Source: Clostridia bacterium (GTDB lineage Bacteria; Bacillota; Clostridia; TANB77; CAG-508). From it: a stretch of DNA of 64,000 bases. The stretch is from positions 31,366-95,365 of the forward strand of contig JAAVYF010000015.1 of NCBI GenBank assembly GCA_022790975.1, in the 5' to 3' direction. Below the pieces are notes generated by a model, which was not told the origin of the DNA, ran no database searches, and saw only the letters and a program-made list of their open reading frames with translations. The position numbers and the translations under genes are program-made. Positions 11,822 to 21,431 of the stretch are shown in pieces (within the stretch, counting starts at the first letter, position 1; each line of letters starts with the position of its first letter).

Positions 11822-12301
11822 TTATTTCAATCTTTTTCTCTCATCCTTAACTGTTTCTATTCTATTTTGTAAATTAATTTCAACTGTATTTATAACTTCA
11901 CAAAGCTTAATCATTGTTTCTTCAACATCACTTAAAACTCCATCAACATAAGCATTTGCATTATTTTCATATTCTCTATACATATCATTAGCTGTAGCAA
12001 TAATTTCTTTTTTCTTTTCATTAGCTTGCTTTGTAATTTCATGTTCATCAATCATTGATATTATTCTATTTTCAGCTTCTTTAACAATATCTTCTGCATC
12101 TTTTTGTGCTTCTGAAATAATTCTTTCTCTTTCTTCTTTAATCCACTTTGCTTGTTTTAATTCGTCTGGAAGTTTAAGTCTAATCTCTTTAATTATATCT
12201 AGAATTTCATTTTTACTTACAATACTTTTATCAGTAAATGGTACTGTTTTACTTTTTTCTAATATGTCTTCTAGAGTCTCTAATAAAGTAAAGATTTCCA
12301 T
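11822..12301 (-). CDS. Hypothetical coiled-coil protein
   Basis: 159 aa, charged and helical (K/E-rich). No confident family assignment. Confidence 0.45.
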   Translation of the reverse strand: MEIFTLLETLEDILEKSKTVPFTDKSIVSKNEILDIIKEIRLKLPDELKQAKWIKEERERIISEAQKDAEDIVKEAENRIISMIDEHEITKQANEKKKEIIATANDMYREYENNANAYVDGVLSDVEETMIKLCEVINTVEINLQNRIETVKDERKRLK

Positions 12302-12303
12302 AG

Positions 12304-12867
12304 TTACCCCTTTCGCCTAACAAATATAAGAGTGACTCTCCCATATTTTTTGACATCATATATATCTAACAAGAAATTTTGCAATTTTACTAAAATCTCT
12401 TCGGATTCATCTGTTTCTATAATGATTTTTCCTGCATCAGCAAGTAAATCATTTTTTAATATAAAATCAATAGCTTCTATACTATAATTTGTTTTATATG
12501 GTGGATCAAGAAAAATTATATTAAATTTTATATTATCTTTTTTTAATTTTTCTAAAGCATTTAAATAATCTGATGAAATAACAATTGCTCTATCTTGCAT
12601 TTTTGTTTTTTCAATATTTTGATTTATTACTTTTATCGCTTTAAATGAGTTATCACAAAAGTATGCTTTTAAAGCACCTCTACTTAAAGATTCTAAAGCT
12701 AAGGCTCCACATCCAGAAAATAAATCTAAAACAATTGCATCTTGTAATTCAAAATTTATTTTACTAAATAAGGCTTCTTTAACTCTATCTAATGTAGGTC
12801 TAGTAGTATCAAAGCCTTCTAAAGTATATAATTTTGTTCCTCGGCTTTTTCCACTTATTATTCTCAT
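12304..12867 (-). CDS. rsmD: 16S rRNA (guanine966-N2)-methyltransferase RsmD
   Basis: MRIISGKSRGTKL..RPT.DRVKEALF, LDLFSGCGALALESLSRGA, FLDPPY. Confidence 0.8.
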   Translation of the reverse strand: MRIISGKSRGTKLYTLEGFDTTRPTLDRVKEALFSKINFELQDAIVLDLFSGCGALALESLSRGALKAYFCDNSFKAIKVINQNIEKTKMQDRAIVISSDYLNALEKLKKDNIKFNIIFLDPPYKTNYSIEAIDFILKNDLLADAGKIIIETDESEEILVKLQNFLLDIYDVKKYGRVTLIFVRRKG

Positions 12868-12983
12868 CTTACACCTCTACCATATACATATTTTATTCTA
12901 AATCTGCCAGATGTCAAGCTTATTAACAAAAATGTAATACTAATTTAATAGATATGAGAAATTCTAACATTTGCGTTTTAGTT

Positions 12984-13017
12984 ACAAAAAAGGGATTGTA
13001 AAAATAACAATCCCTTT
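12984..13017 (-). terminator. Rho-independent terminator after divIVA
   Basis: AGGGATTGT / ACAATCCCT stem with a 7 nt loop, followed by a T-run on the minus strand. Confidence 0.6.
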
Positions 13018-13042
13018 TTCTTTTGTGTTTTAAGTATATATA

Positions 13043-13497
13043 TTAATTTTCTTCATTTCCATCATCTTTTAGTAATTCCAATTGTGAAATAAGTAAAGCT
13101 TCCATCTTGGCTTTATACATATCAAATTTTTTCTTTGTTTCTTCCATTTTTACACGAAGCTCAAATTCTTGTCTTGTTAATTCTTCTGTTTGTTTCCTAG
13201 ATTTCAATTCTGCGTCCTTAATAATTTGATCTGCTTGTCCGCTGAGCCATTTTCTTTATATCATCAGCTGTTGTTTGTGCCATAACTAATGTATTTTGAA
13301 GAGTATGTTCAACACTTTTATAATGTTCTAAATCTTTTTTTGCACTTTCAACTTCACCTTTAAGTTCAGCATTTTCTTTGTAAAGTTTTTCATATTCTTT
13401 TGTTATTTCATCAAGAAACTCATCAACTTCATCAGCATTATAGCCTTTTAAAGATCTACCGGAATTTTTTATTTTCAATGTCTAACGGTGTTAGCAT
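13043..13497 (-). CDS. divIVA: Cell-division protein DivIVA. It needs two +1 shifts at in-frame CGG.
   Basis: GGAGGA RBS, then MLTPLDIENKKF[C]GRSLKGYNADEVDEFLD...KKMAQ[C]GQADQIIKDAELKS... ending ..DDGNEEN. Sites are at ccg 13459-13461 and 13239-13241. 150 aa after correction. The ORF track shows only the middle 86 aa. Confidence 0.8.
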
Positions 13498-13517
13498 ATT
13501 CATTCCTCCTATTTTGT

Positions 13518-13997
13518 TTATTTCATCCAAGGAGCTTGTGTTCTTTCACTTTTCTCCCTAGTTATAGGTTCATTTGTTATGTCATAATTATAAGGAGCTA
13601 CAACAAAAATTGAGTTAGAAACTTTTTCAATTCTTCCATCTAAAGCTGTAACAGCACCACTAACAGTATCTATTATTCTTCTAGCTATATCTTTATTAAC
13701 ATATTCTAAATTCATAACAATACCATTTTTTGATTTTAATTCATTTATTATTTCATTAACATCTGGATCATAATTTGTTGGTTTTAAGATTTTCATCTTA
13801 ACTGATTGTGTTTGAGGCATACTCATAACTTTTCCTTTTCTTCCTCTAAACACACTAAATGACTCATTATTTGTATTTTCTTCTTCCTCTTCATTTATTA
13901 CATCATAAGAAGAATCCATTACTTCTTCATCTTCTAATTCATCATCATTTTCCCCTACTAAATAATCCCATATTTTCTTAAATGCAGCTACTGCCAT
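13518..13997 (-). CDS. sepF: Cell-division protein SepF
   Basis: C-terminal SepF domain (KILKPTNYDPDVNEIINELKSKNGIVMNLEY..IARRIIDTVSGAV). The likely start is MAVAAFKK, preceded by AGGAGG. Confidence 0.8.
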   Translation of the reverse strand: MAVAAFKKIWDYLVGENDDELEDEEVMDSSYDVINEEEEENTNNESFSVFRGRKGKVMSMPQTQSVKMKILKPTNYDPDVNEIINELKSKNGIVMNLEYVNKDIARRIIDTVSGAVTALDGRIEKVSNSIFVVAPYNYDITNEPITREKSERTQAPWMK

Positions 13998-14223
13998 TTC
14001 GTAACCTCCTAATAATTTACTTTTCATTCGTAATCATATACATAGTATCTATCTTTTGAACTTGTTTGTCAATACTTTTTTTGAATGTTATTAATTTTTG
14101 TCTTTTTTGTAATATTAATGTAATCAATGTCATATTTTAGATAAATTTAATTTCAAAATTATCCTTATTCATTTATAATATTCTACTAGAACTTAAATTT
14201 TCCCCCTTTAAAATAAAATTTTT

Positions 14224-15462
14224 TTATTTTAAAACTTTAATCTCATCATATAATTTTATTTTTGGAAAAGCTTGAGCTTCTTCTAAAGTAAAACCAAGTT
14301 CTAAAAGTTCTTCATCTGTATAATTTTCAACAATTGAATAAGTATCATTTTGTCTTAAAACTTTTACTAATATCTCTTCTTCTTGACCAGCTTTATTTCT
14401 TTTAACATATGTTAAATCATTTCTTTCAATCAATGCTGTATTACTAACTTTCCAGCCAGAAAAACTCCACCAAACAACTTCAACCCCAATTTTTCTATAT
14501 TCTAATAAATTTTCTACATTTTGACTAATTTCAAATATAATTACTCTTTGATTTTCTTCTTCGTTAATTTGAACAATTTTTGCATCTACTTCAACTGAAT
14601 CTGGAAGTTTTAGCTTTACTTTATCTCCAACTTCAGCAACTTCAGAATTCTCTGTATTAATTGGACAAGCAATATAACATTCATAATTATTAAGAAGTTT
14701 TCCAGAACTTTTACTTTCTGTTATTAATGCGCCTGTATTTAATTCAAAGCTATTTAATAATTCTGAAGTTAAATAACTAAAATCTCCATTATTATATCCT
14801 AAAATTTCTTCCAATCCATCAACTCTATAAGAAATAAGACCAGCATCTGGAGATATAACTGTTTCAGAATCAGAAGTTAACTGATTACTTAGTGCCGTTC
14901 TTTGTTCTACTAAGCTTTTTATATACGAACCTGCTGGACTAGCTTCTCCTGCAATTTCAGCTTTTTTTACTATGTATGTATTTATTTTTTTGGCATATTC
15001 ATTTATTGTAGAAATATCATTTACTTTATATAAGTTATTTAATTCTTTTTTTATTTCATTTTCAAGATTTATAACATCATTTGATAAAATTGAATCTGTA
15101 CTTTCTGCTAATGCCTCATCTATCTGTTTATCAAGAATAGCTATTTGACTAGAAATTTCTTCTTCATTATTAGAATAATATCTAAATACAGGTTCTCCTT
15201 TTGATACTCTTGTACCTTCAGTAACAATTTGACTAATTCCATTAGAATAATTATTACCTTTTAAAACTCTTTCATCTCTAATAATATATCCTGATACTTC
15301 TTCTTCATAAGAAAGAGTTCCATTTTCAACCATAAATGTATCTGTTGATTTATTTATCAAATTAGTACTATTAAATAAAAAATAAATTAAAAATGCTATT
15401 AAAGCAATAATACCAATAAGCTTAAGTAGCCTATTTATTGATATCTTTTTTATCACTTTCAT
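14224..15462 (-). CDS. Membrane-anchored HlyD-like (barrel-sandwich/coiled-coil) protein, function uncertain
   Basis: 412 aa with an N-terminal TM helix, then a beta-rich, coiled-coil, beta-rich layout like HlyD-family adaptors. Confidence 0.45.
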   Translation of the reverse strand: MKVIKKISINRLLKLIGIIALIAFLIYFLFNSTNLINKSTDTFMVENGTLSYEEEVSGYIIRDERVLKGNNYSNGISQIVTEGTRVSKGEPVFRYYSNNEEEISSQIAILDKQIDEALAESTDSILSNDVINLENEIKKELNNLYKVNDISTINEYAKKINTYIVKKAEIAGEASPAGSYIKSLVEQRTALSNQLTSDSETVISPDAGLISYRVDGLEEILGYNNGDFSYLTSELLNSFELNTGALITESKSSGKLLNNYECYIACPINTENSEVAEVGDKVKLKLPDSVEVDAKIVQINEEENQRVIIFEISQNVENLLEYRKIGVEVVWWSFSGWKVSNTALIERNDLTYVKRNKAGQEEEILVKVLRQNDTYSIVENYTDEELLELGFTLEEAQAFPKIKLYDEIKVLK

Positions 15463-16376
15463 TTAACTCCTTCAAAATAATTTCACTATTTTTTTGTATT
15501 CCATTTTCTGCTTTTAACCAAATATAATCATTATTTTTTCTAAACCATGTAAGTTGACGTTTTGCATAATGTCTAGTTTCTTGCTTAATTTTATCTATCA
15601 TTTCATCTTTTGTAATTTGTTTATTTAAATATTCTACAACTTCTTTATAACCAATTGCTTGTAGAGCAGTTGGATATGTTTTATATTTTGATACTAAATT
15701 TTTAACTTCATCAATTAGACCGATTTTCTATCATTAAATCTACACGCAAATTAATTCTTTCATAAAGTTTTTCTCTATCCATATCTATAGCAAATTTTTT
15801 AAAATCGTATTTTATACCACCTATTTTGGATAATTCTTCTAATTCTGTTTTAGTTTTTCCTGTTTCTTTATATATTTCTAAAATTCTTATTATTCTTTTT
15901 TTGTCATTTGGACTTATATTCTTTATTGCTTCTGAATCAATATTACTTGCTTCTTCATATAAAGATTTCAAACCCATTTCTGTTTGTGCCTTACTCATTA
16001 GTTCATCTCTATATTTTAAATCAAATTCCATATCTGGATAATTAATTCCATATATTAAAGAATTTGCATACAGTCCAGTTCCCCCAACTACAATAGGAAC
16101 TTTTCCTTTAGATATAATTTCTTCTATTGCTACCTCAGCATCATTTTTAAAGTCTGAAACAGTATATCTTTTTGTTGGTTCAACGAAATCAACTAAATAA
16201 TGTTTTATGCCATCCATCTCTTCTTCAGTTACCTTAGCTGTTCCAATATTCATATCTTTATAAATTTGCATTGAATCACATGAAACAATTTCGCCATTTA
16301 TTTTTTTTGCAACTTCAATAGATAATGCTGTTTTTCCAGAAGCTGTTGGTCCAGCAATTACAATAACCTTTTTCAC
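15431..16376 (-). CDS. miaA: tRNA dimethylallyltransferase MiaA. It needs one +1 shift at in-frame CGG.
   Basis: P-loop GPTASGKT; ..RVDLMIEN[C]GLIDEVKNL...AIGYKE...TRHYAKRQLTWFRK. The site is at ccg 15720-15722. The C-terminal 80 aa are missing from the ORF track. The start is uncertain (GTG at 16376 or GTG at 16412, which lies inside the repeat). The 3' end overlaps the next gene by ~32 nt. Confidence 0.8.
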
Positions 16377-16401
16377 AATTTTTTCAACTCCAATTATATT
16401 T

Positions 16402-16627
16402 ATGTTTTTCACGGCTTGAAACTAAGCATTTCAGCTTTGCCTTTGCAAACCCAAAACACAAGTTTCTGCGTATTCACAAGCTCGCTTTATGTGTCCACTG
16501 GACACCGCTCATTTTTAATGTTTTTCACGGCTTGAAACTAAAGCATTTCGGCTTTGCAATTGCAAACCCAAAATACAAGTTTCTGCGTATTCACAAGCTC
16601 GCTTTATGTGTCCACTGGACACCGCTC
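16402..16627. repeat. Two tandem direct copies (~109-110 bp, period 116 bp) of a GC-rich intergenic element between mutL and miaA
   Basis: Copy A is 16402-16510 and copy B is 16518-16627, and they differ at only a few positions. Each contains the palindrome GTGTCCACTGGACAC. Copy B also has TTTGCAATTGCAAA. Confidence 0.85.
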
Positions 16628-16633
16628 GCTTGT

Positions 16634-19615
16634 TCATCTTCTACTAAATCTTTTTTCCATATCGGATTTTGTTATTTTTATTGCGACTTGTCTTCCATAT
16701 GGGTATATGAATGGATTTGAAAGTTTTAGTAATTTATTTAATAATATTTCAACTTGAGTTTCATCAAAACTAATATTACTATTACTAACTATTTTATAAG
16801 CAATTGTTGCAATAAACTTATTTTCTTTTTCTTCGTCTTCTGTTACAGCTACTGTATCCATTTCGTTTAATATTTCTATAAACAATTTCTTTGTATTCAT
16901 TTCTTCACACATACTAGGAACAGCTATAAGTTTTAATGTATTTTCACCAAATTCTTCAAAATCAAATCCAGCTTTCATAAATAAGTCTTTATTGTTTCTT
17001 GCAATACTCATTTCTTTATTAGATAATGTTATAATATCTGCTAGTAAAAGCATTTGTGAGTCTGTTTCATCATTATAAAAATTCTCTTTTATTTTTTCAT
17101 ATATAAGCCTTTCATTAGCAGCACTTTCATCTATCATATACATTTCATCTTGAATTTCAATTATTATATTTGTATCAAATATAATTCCTATATACTTATA
17201 TTTTACTTCTGGAATATAATTCGTTTCTTCTTCAAAAATACTATTATTTTCAATTGTTTCAACAAGTTTTAAATCTGTTGAAATATTTAATTTTGCGTTT
17301 TCTTCTTCTTTCGTTTTTCTAATTTCAGCAACCTCAGTTCCAAATACTTGTTTATACATATTAGCAAATTCATCTGTCATTGGTATTTCTTCTTTGCTTG
17401 CTGTTAATGCTTCTCTAACTTTTGCAGTATCTATCATTTGAGTATCATCTATATCAGAATCCATTTTCATTTTTAAAATTCTTTCAGTTACACTATCTAC
17501 ATTTTGCTGTGTTTTATTTTCATCTAATTTTACATCTTCTTCATTATTTACAATAATTGTTTCATCTTGTGCAGTATCGACTATTTTCTTTAAAGAATCT
17601 ATTATCTCTGTTTTTGAACTATTATCTTTCTCAATTAATTTAGTATTTTCAATTTTTAATGTTTCTTGATTTAAATTTTGCTCTTCTAATTTAGATTTTT
17701 CTACAACTTCACTAGCATCTTCTTTATTTTCTAAATTAATATTAAAATTTAATTCTTTGGTATCACTTGAAATTATTGTATTTCCTAATTTTATTTCTTT
17801 TATAGAATTTTCTTTAGTTGTTTCTTCATTAGATACTTCTGGATTTTCTATTATAGAATCTTTTTTACTTAAATTTTCCTCTATATTATTTAAAGTTATT
17901 TTTTGAAATGATGAGCTAGTTTCATTATCTACACTTATATCTTTTGCTTCATTTAATTTAAAATCTATTGCTTCTTTATTCTCTATTTTATTTATTTGAG
18001 ATGGCGTGAAGCTTTCAATTGAATTTAAAATATTTTCTGTTTTATTCAATTCACCTGATAAAAAATTTTCTTTTGTATTTAAAACATTTTCTGCTTTATT
18101 TAACTCAATTGATGAAAAACTATTTTTTGAATTTTCTTCTAAATTTCCTATTTTACTTGCATTAAATGGTGTATATGATAATTCCTCTTCACCTGAAGTT
18201 GTTCCTAATGAAGAAAATGAAAATTCTTTTTTATTTAAAATGTCTTCTTTTTTATCTATTCCAAATAAAGTAATTGCTGGTTTATCTTCACTTTCAATCT
18301 CACTTGCTACTTCTTTATCTTGATTATTTTTTATTGACTCTTCATTTTTTATTCTATTAAAATCATCAAACAATCTCTCTTTTGCATTTTTTCTATCTTC
18401 ATAAATTTCTCTTAAATTATTATTTTCTAAGTCTTCACTTTCATTATCTTGATTACCTAATATCTTTTTAAAGAAACCTGAAAATACTCCTGATCTTGGC
18501 TTAAATTCTTCTTTTTTGTTTTCTTTTTCTAATACTTCTTCTGTACTTTCTTCATTATTTTCCTTGTCACTTTCTAAATTAGATGTATTTTCAAAAACTA
18601 CATTTCTTCTAACAGAATCTTCTGCATCAGCTTTTGCTAATCCTGATTTTATTGCATTATATACAGCTTTAAAAACTTTATTTTCCTCTTCAAATCTAAC
18701 TTCTAACTTAGCAGGATGTACATTTACATCAACCATTTTAGAATCCATTTCAATATTTAAAATAACAAAACCATATTTACCAGTAGGTAAAACATCTTTA
18801 TATGCACCTGTAACAGCTGCTGTTAAATTTTTATCTCTAACATATCTATTATTTACAAAAAATATTTGATTACTTCTATTGCTTCTAGCAATTTCCTTTT
18901 TACCTACAACTCCAATAACCTTTATTCCTTCATAAACATAGTCTACTGTAATAATTCCATTTGCTACATCTTTTCCATATATAGAATATATTAGTGATTT
19001 AGTATCTCCATTACCATTTGTTTGAATTACAGTTTTTCCAGAATTTATAAATTTTATAGAAACATTTTTATTAATAAGAGCAAGTCTTGTAACTACATCT
19101 TCTATATAACCAGCTTCTGTAAAATCTTTTTTTAAAAATTTATATCTAACTGGAGTATTAAAAAATAGATTTTTTACAGTAATTTGTGTTCCATTTGGAG
19201 CTCCTATTTCTGATTTTGATAAAATTCTTCCACCTTCTATTGATAATCTATGGCCAGTTTCATCTTCTGCTCTTTTAGTAATCATCTCTACATTAGCAAT
19301 TGAAGCAATACTAGCTAAAGCTTCACCTCTAAACCCCATTGTTGTAACCGTTTCTAAATCTTCTGATTTTCTTATTTTACTTGTTGCATGACGCTCAAAT
19401 GAAATTTCCATATCATCTTCTGCTAATCCACAACCATCATCTGTAATTTTTATTAATGAAATTCCTCCATTTTTTATTTCAATAGTTATATTTTTAGCCC
19501 CTGCATCTATAGAATTTTCTACCATTTCTTTTACAACAGATGCTGGTCTTTCAACAACTTCTCCAGCTGCAATTTTATTTATAGTTAAATCGTCCAAAAG
19601 CACTATTTTTCCCAT
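16634..19615 (-). CDS. mutL: DNA mismatch repair protein MutL with an unusually long low-complexity linker
   Basis: N-terminal GHKL ATPase (IAAGEVVERPASVVKEMVENSIDAG...GFRGEAL) and a C-terminal dimerisation domain. 993 aa, with ~400 aa of E/N/K/S-rich linker. Confidence 0.9.
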   Translation of the reverse strand: MGKIVLLDDLTINKIAAGEVVERPASVVKEMVENSIDAGAKNITIEIKNGGISLIKITDDGCGLAEDDMEISFERHATSKIRKSEDLETVTTMGFRGEALASIASIANVEMITKRAEDETGHRLSIEGGRILSKSEIGAPNGTQITVKNLFFNTPVRYKFLKKDFTEAGYIEDVVTRLALINKNVSIKFINSGKTVIQTNGNGDTKSLIYSIYGKDVANGIITVDYVYEGIKVIGVVGKKEIARSNRSNQIFFVNNRYVRDKNLTAAVTGAYKDVLPTGKYGFVILNIEMDSKMVDVNVHPAKLEVRFEEENKVFKAVYNAIKSGLAKADAEDSVRRNVVFENTSNLESDKENNEESTEEVLEKENKKEEFKPRSGVFSGFFKKILGNQDNESEDLENNNLREIYEDRKNAKERLFDDFNRIKNEESIKNNQDKEVASEIESEDKPAITLFGIDKKEDILNKKEFSFSSLGTTSGEEELSYTPFNASKIGNLEENSKNSFSSIELNKAENVLNTKENFLSGELNKTENILNSIESFTPSQINKIENKEAIDFKLNEAKDISVDNETSSSFQKITLNNIEENLSKKDSIIENPEVSNEETTKENSIKEIKLGNTIISSDTKELNFNINLENKEDASEVVEKSKLEEQNLNQETLKIENTKLIEKDNSSKTEIIDSLKKIVDTAQDETIIVNNEEDVKLDENKTQQNVDSVTERILKMKMDSDIDDTQMIDTAKVREALTASKEEIPMTDEFANMYKQVFGTEVAEIRKTKEEENAKLNISTDLKLVETIENNSIFEEETNYIPEVKYKYIGIIFDTNIIIEIQDEMYMIDESAANERLIYEKIKENFYNDETDSQMLLLADIITLSNKEMSIARNNKDLFMKAGFDFEEFGENTLKLIAVPSMCEEMNTKKLFIEILNEMDTVAVTEDEEKENKFIATIAYKIVSNSNISFDETQVEILLNKLLKLSNPFIYPYGRQVAIKITKSDMEKRFSRR

Positions 19616-19977
19616 TTTTTACTTTTCCTTTCGATTCTTTTTCATTTCTACAAGTGATATTTTTGTACATTATATCATTAAAAAATTTTTTTGTGTAGAG
19701 TATGTAACAATTTTTTTACTTTTTTATTAAAAAATATATTTAAGTTGAATTATTATAAATAAATAAGCTTTAATTCATTAGTTTTCAAACACAAAATAAT
19801 TTTATAATAATTACAAAAAAATTACATTCTAAATTGTAACTAATAAAATAAACTCATTCTTTAAAATATTAATTATAAAAAACAAGAAGGAAAATACGAC
19901 ATTGTTATATTCTCCTCCTTGCTTTTTTTGAAGCTTAAAATTATCAATTTTTTTATTTTATAAAATTACATTTTATA

Positions 19978-21117
19978 TCAGTCTATAAAAGAAATAACTA
20001 TTGACTCATCCCGATTATCACTATCTTCTGTAGTAACATTATAAAGTTTAGGATAACCATTAAACATCGCTATTGCTTTTGCAAGCATATCGCTTTGCTC
20101 ATATGCAAGACCTATTGAAATAGCTTCATGAATTTCATAAAACTTAACATCTGCTAAATCCCCTTCAGATTTAATGTATGGCTCATATTTTGATATATCA
20201 TCTTCAATAAATATACCAAAACATTGTGATGAACCACCTTTTGTTCCAGCGACCTTTTCATCGTAAGAACTATAAATTCCAACAATTGCCATTTGTTCCA
20301 AACTAGCATTGGGAATATTAGCAAATTTAACAATAAAAAGTGCTCTATCTAAAATCTCAAGTTTAAGTCCAGTTTCTTCGTAAAGTTCTCTTGTAACAGC
20401 ATCCATTGCTGGTTCAAACTTATCGTCAATTCCTCCGCCAGGAAGCCCTAAGTATCCAGGAAAATCTTTTTTGCTCATAGCTCTTTTTCCAAGCAAAACA
20501 TAAATTTTCCCATCTGTAATATTTCTAATCAGAAATACCATATCAACTGTTTGTCTTCCCTGAACGAAATATATTCCTCTATTTTGACTAGCAGCGATAA
20601 TCTCCTTAAATGAATATTTAAAAAGAACTGGCATCACTTCAGTTGGAATATACTTTTTTAATTCTTGCCAATTTCCATCAACAATAAGTTTTCTAATATA
20701 TGTTGCATGAATTGGCACTCCTGATATTTCCTCTGGATTAATCATTTCAAATCCAAGATTTTGACCTCTTTGTTCAAGAACATTTAATATATCTTCTTGA
20801 TTTCCAGTAACAAAATGAGTAACTCCATTTTGCTTGCAAACTTCCATTACTAAATCAAGCCATTCATCAAAAGTTTCCGTATCTGGTACTGGAACAATTT
20901 TATACTTGGCTTCTGAAACTCCAGCTGTTTGAAGAATTGATGTAAGCATTTGAATTCTTTCTGTTTCAGAAATGCATTTATTTTCATATCCGCATTCAAA
21001 ACGAGAACCAAGCATAATTATTACCTTATCAAATTCTTCTACAAGCTTTAAAAGATACGCTTTATGACCGCAATGAGGCGGCTCATACTTTCCTATTGTA
21101 GCAGCTACTCTTGACAT
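19978..21117 (-). CDS. Bifunctional nucleotidyltransferase (NadM-like, HxGH) / Nudix hydrolase
   Basis: N-terminal GKYEPPHCGHKAYL (cytidylyltransferase-like) and a C-terminal Nudix box GLPGGGIDDKFEPAMDAVTRELYEETG. There is an in-frame CGG 13 codons before the stop (ccg 20011-20013), so the true C-terminus is ambiguous. Confidence 0.65.
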   Translation of the reverse strand: MSRVAATIGKYEPPHCGHKAYLLKLVEEFDKVIIMLGSRFECGYENKCISETERIQMLTSILQTAGVSEAKYKIVPVPDTETFDEWLDLVMEVCKQNGVTHFVTGNQEDILNVLEQRGQNLGFEMINPEEISGVPIHATYIRKLIVDGNWQELKKYIPTEVMPVLFKYSFKEIIAASQNRGIYFVQGRQTVDMVFLIRNITDGKIYVLLGKRAMSKKDFPGYLGLPGGGIDDKFEPAMDAVTRELYEETGLKLEILDRALFIVKFANIPNASLEQMAIVGIYSSYDEKVAGTKGGSSQCFGIFIEDDISKYEPYIKSEGDLADVKFYEIHEAISIGLAYEQSDMLAKAIAMFNGYPKLYNVTTEDSDNRDESIVISFID

Positions 21118-21431
21118 ATGTCACCTCTTTTCATGTTTTATTCCTTTTTAAACTAATTTTAAATATTTAATTTAATCAATCCTCCTTTATTGATAATTTT
21201 GAGTAATATTTATACATATTACTTTAGCTCCTTTTTATATTTTGATATTCCTACCCTAAATATCCAAATTATTTTATCATATTTTCTTCATTTTTACAAC
21301 AAAAAAGCTTCTATCCCCTTGTTTTCCAAGGACATAAATGAAGTGACCATAAAATATTAGATAAAAAATAATCTAATATTTTATGAGCACTTCAAAATTT
21401 TTACAATTTCTACTTGAGATTTTATTTAATT

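Noticed and set aside
16402-16627. A possible CRISPR array. The unit starts ATGTTTTTCACGGCTTGAAAC, which superficially resembles a repeat ending in GAAAC.
   Set aside because: The whole ~110 bp unit is duplicated almost identically, so there are no unique spacers. There are only two copies and no cas genes in the window.
16532-16757. Two plus-strand ORFs (62 and 67 aa) that start inside the GC-rich repeat.
   Set aside because: They begin in repeat copy B and run antisense into the mutL 3' end, with no RBS. The repeat itself is reported separately as a non-coding element.
21118-21431. A 310 bp leader upstream of the NadM-Nudix gene with hairpins (CATAAAATATTAGAT/ATCTAATATTTTATG and CCTTG/CAAGG), considered as a possible NAD-related riboswitch.
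   Set aside because: There is no recognisable match to the nadA or pnuC motif consensus as far as I can recall. The AT-rich inverted repeat is equally consistent with the hisS terminator region.
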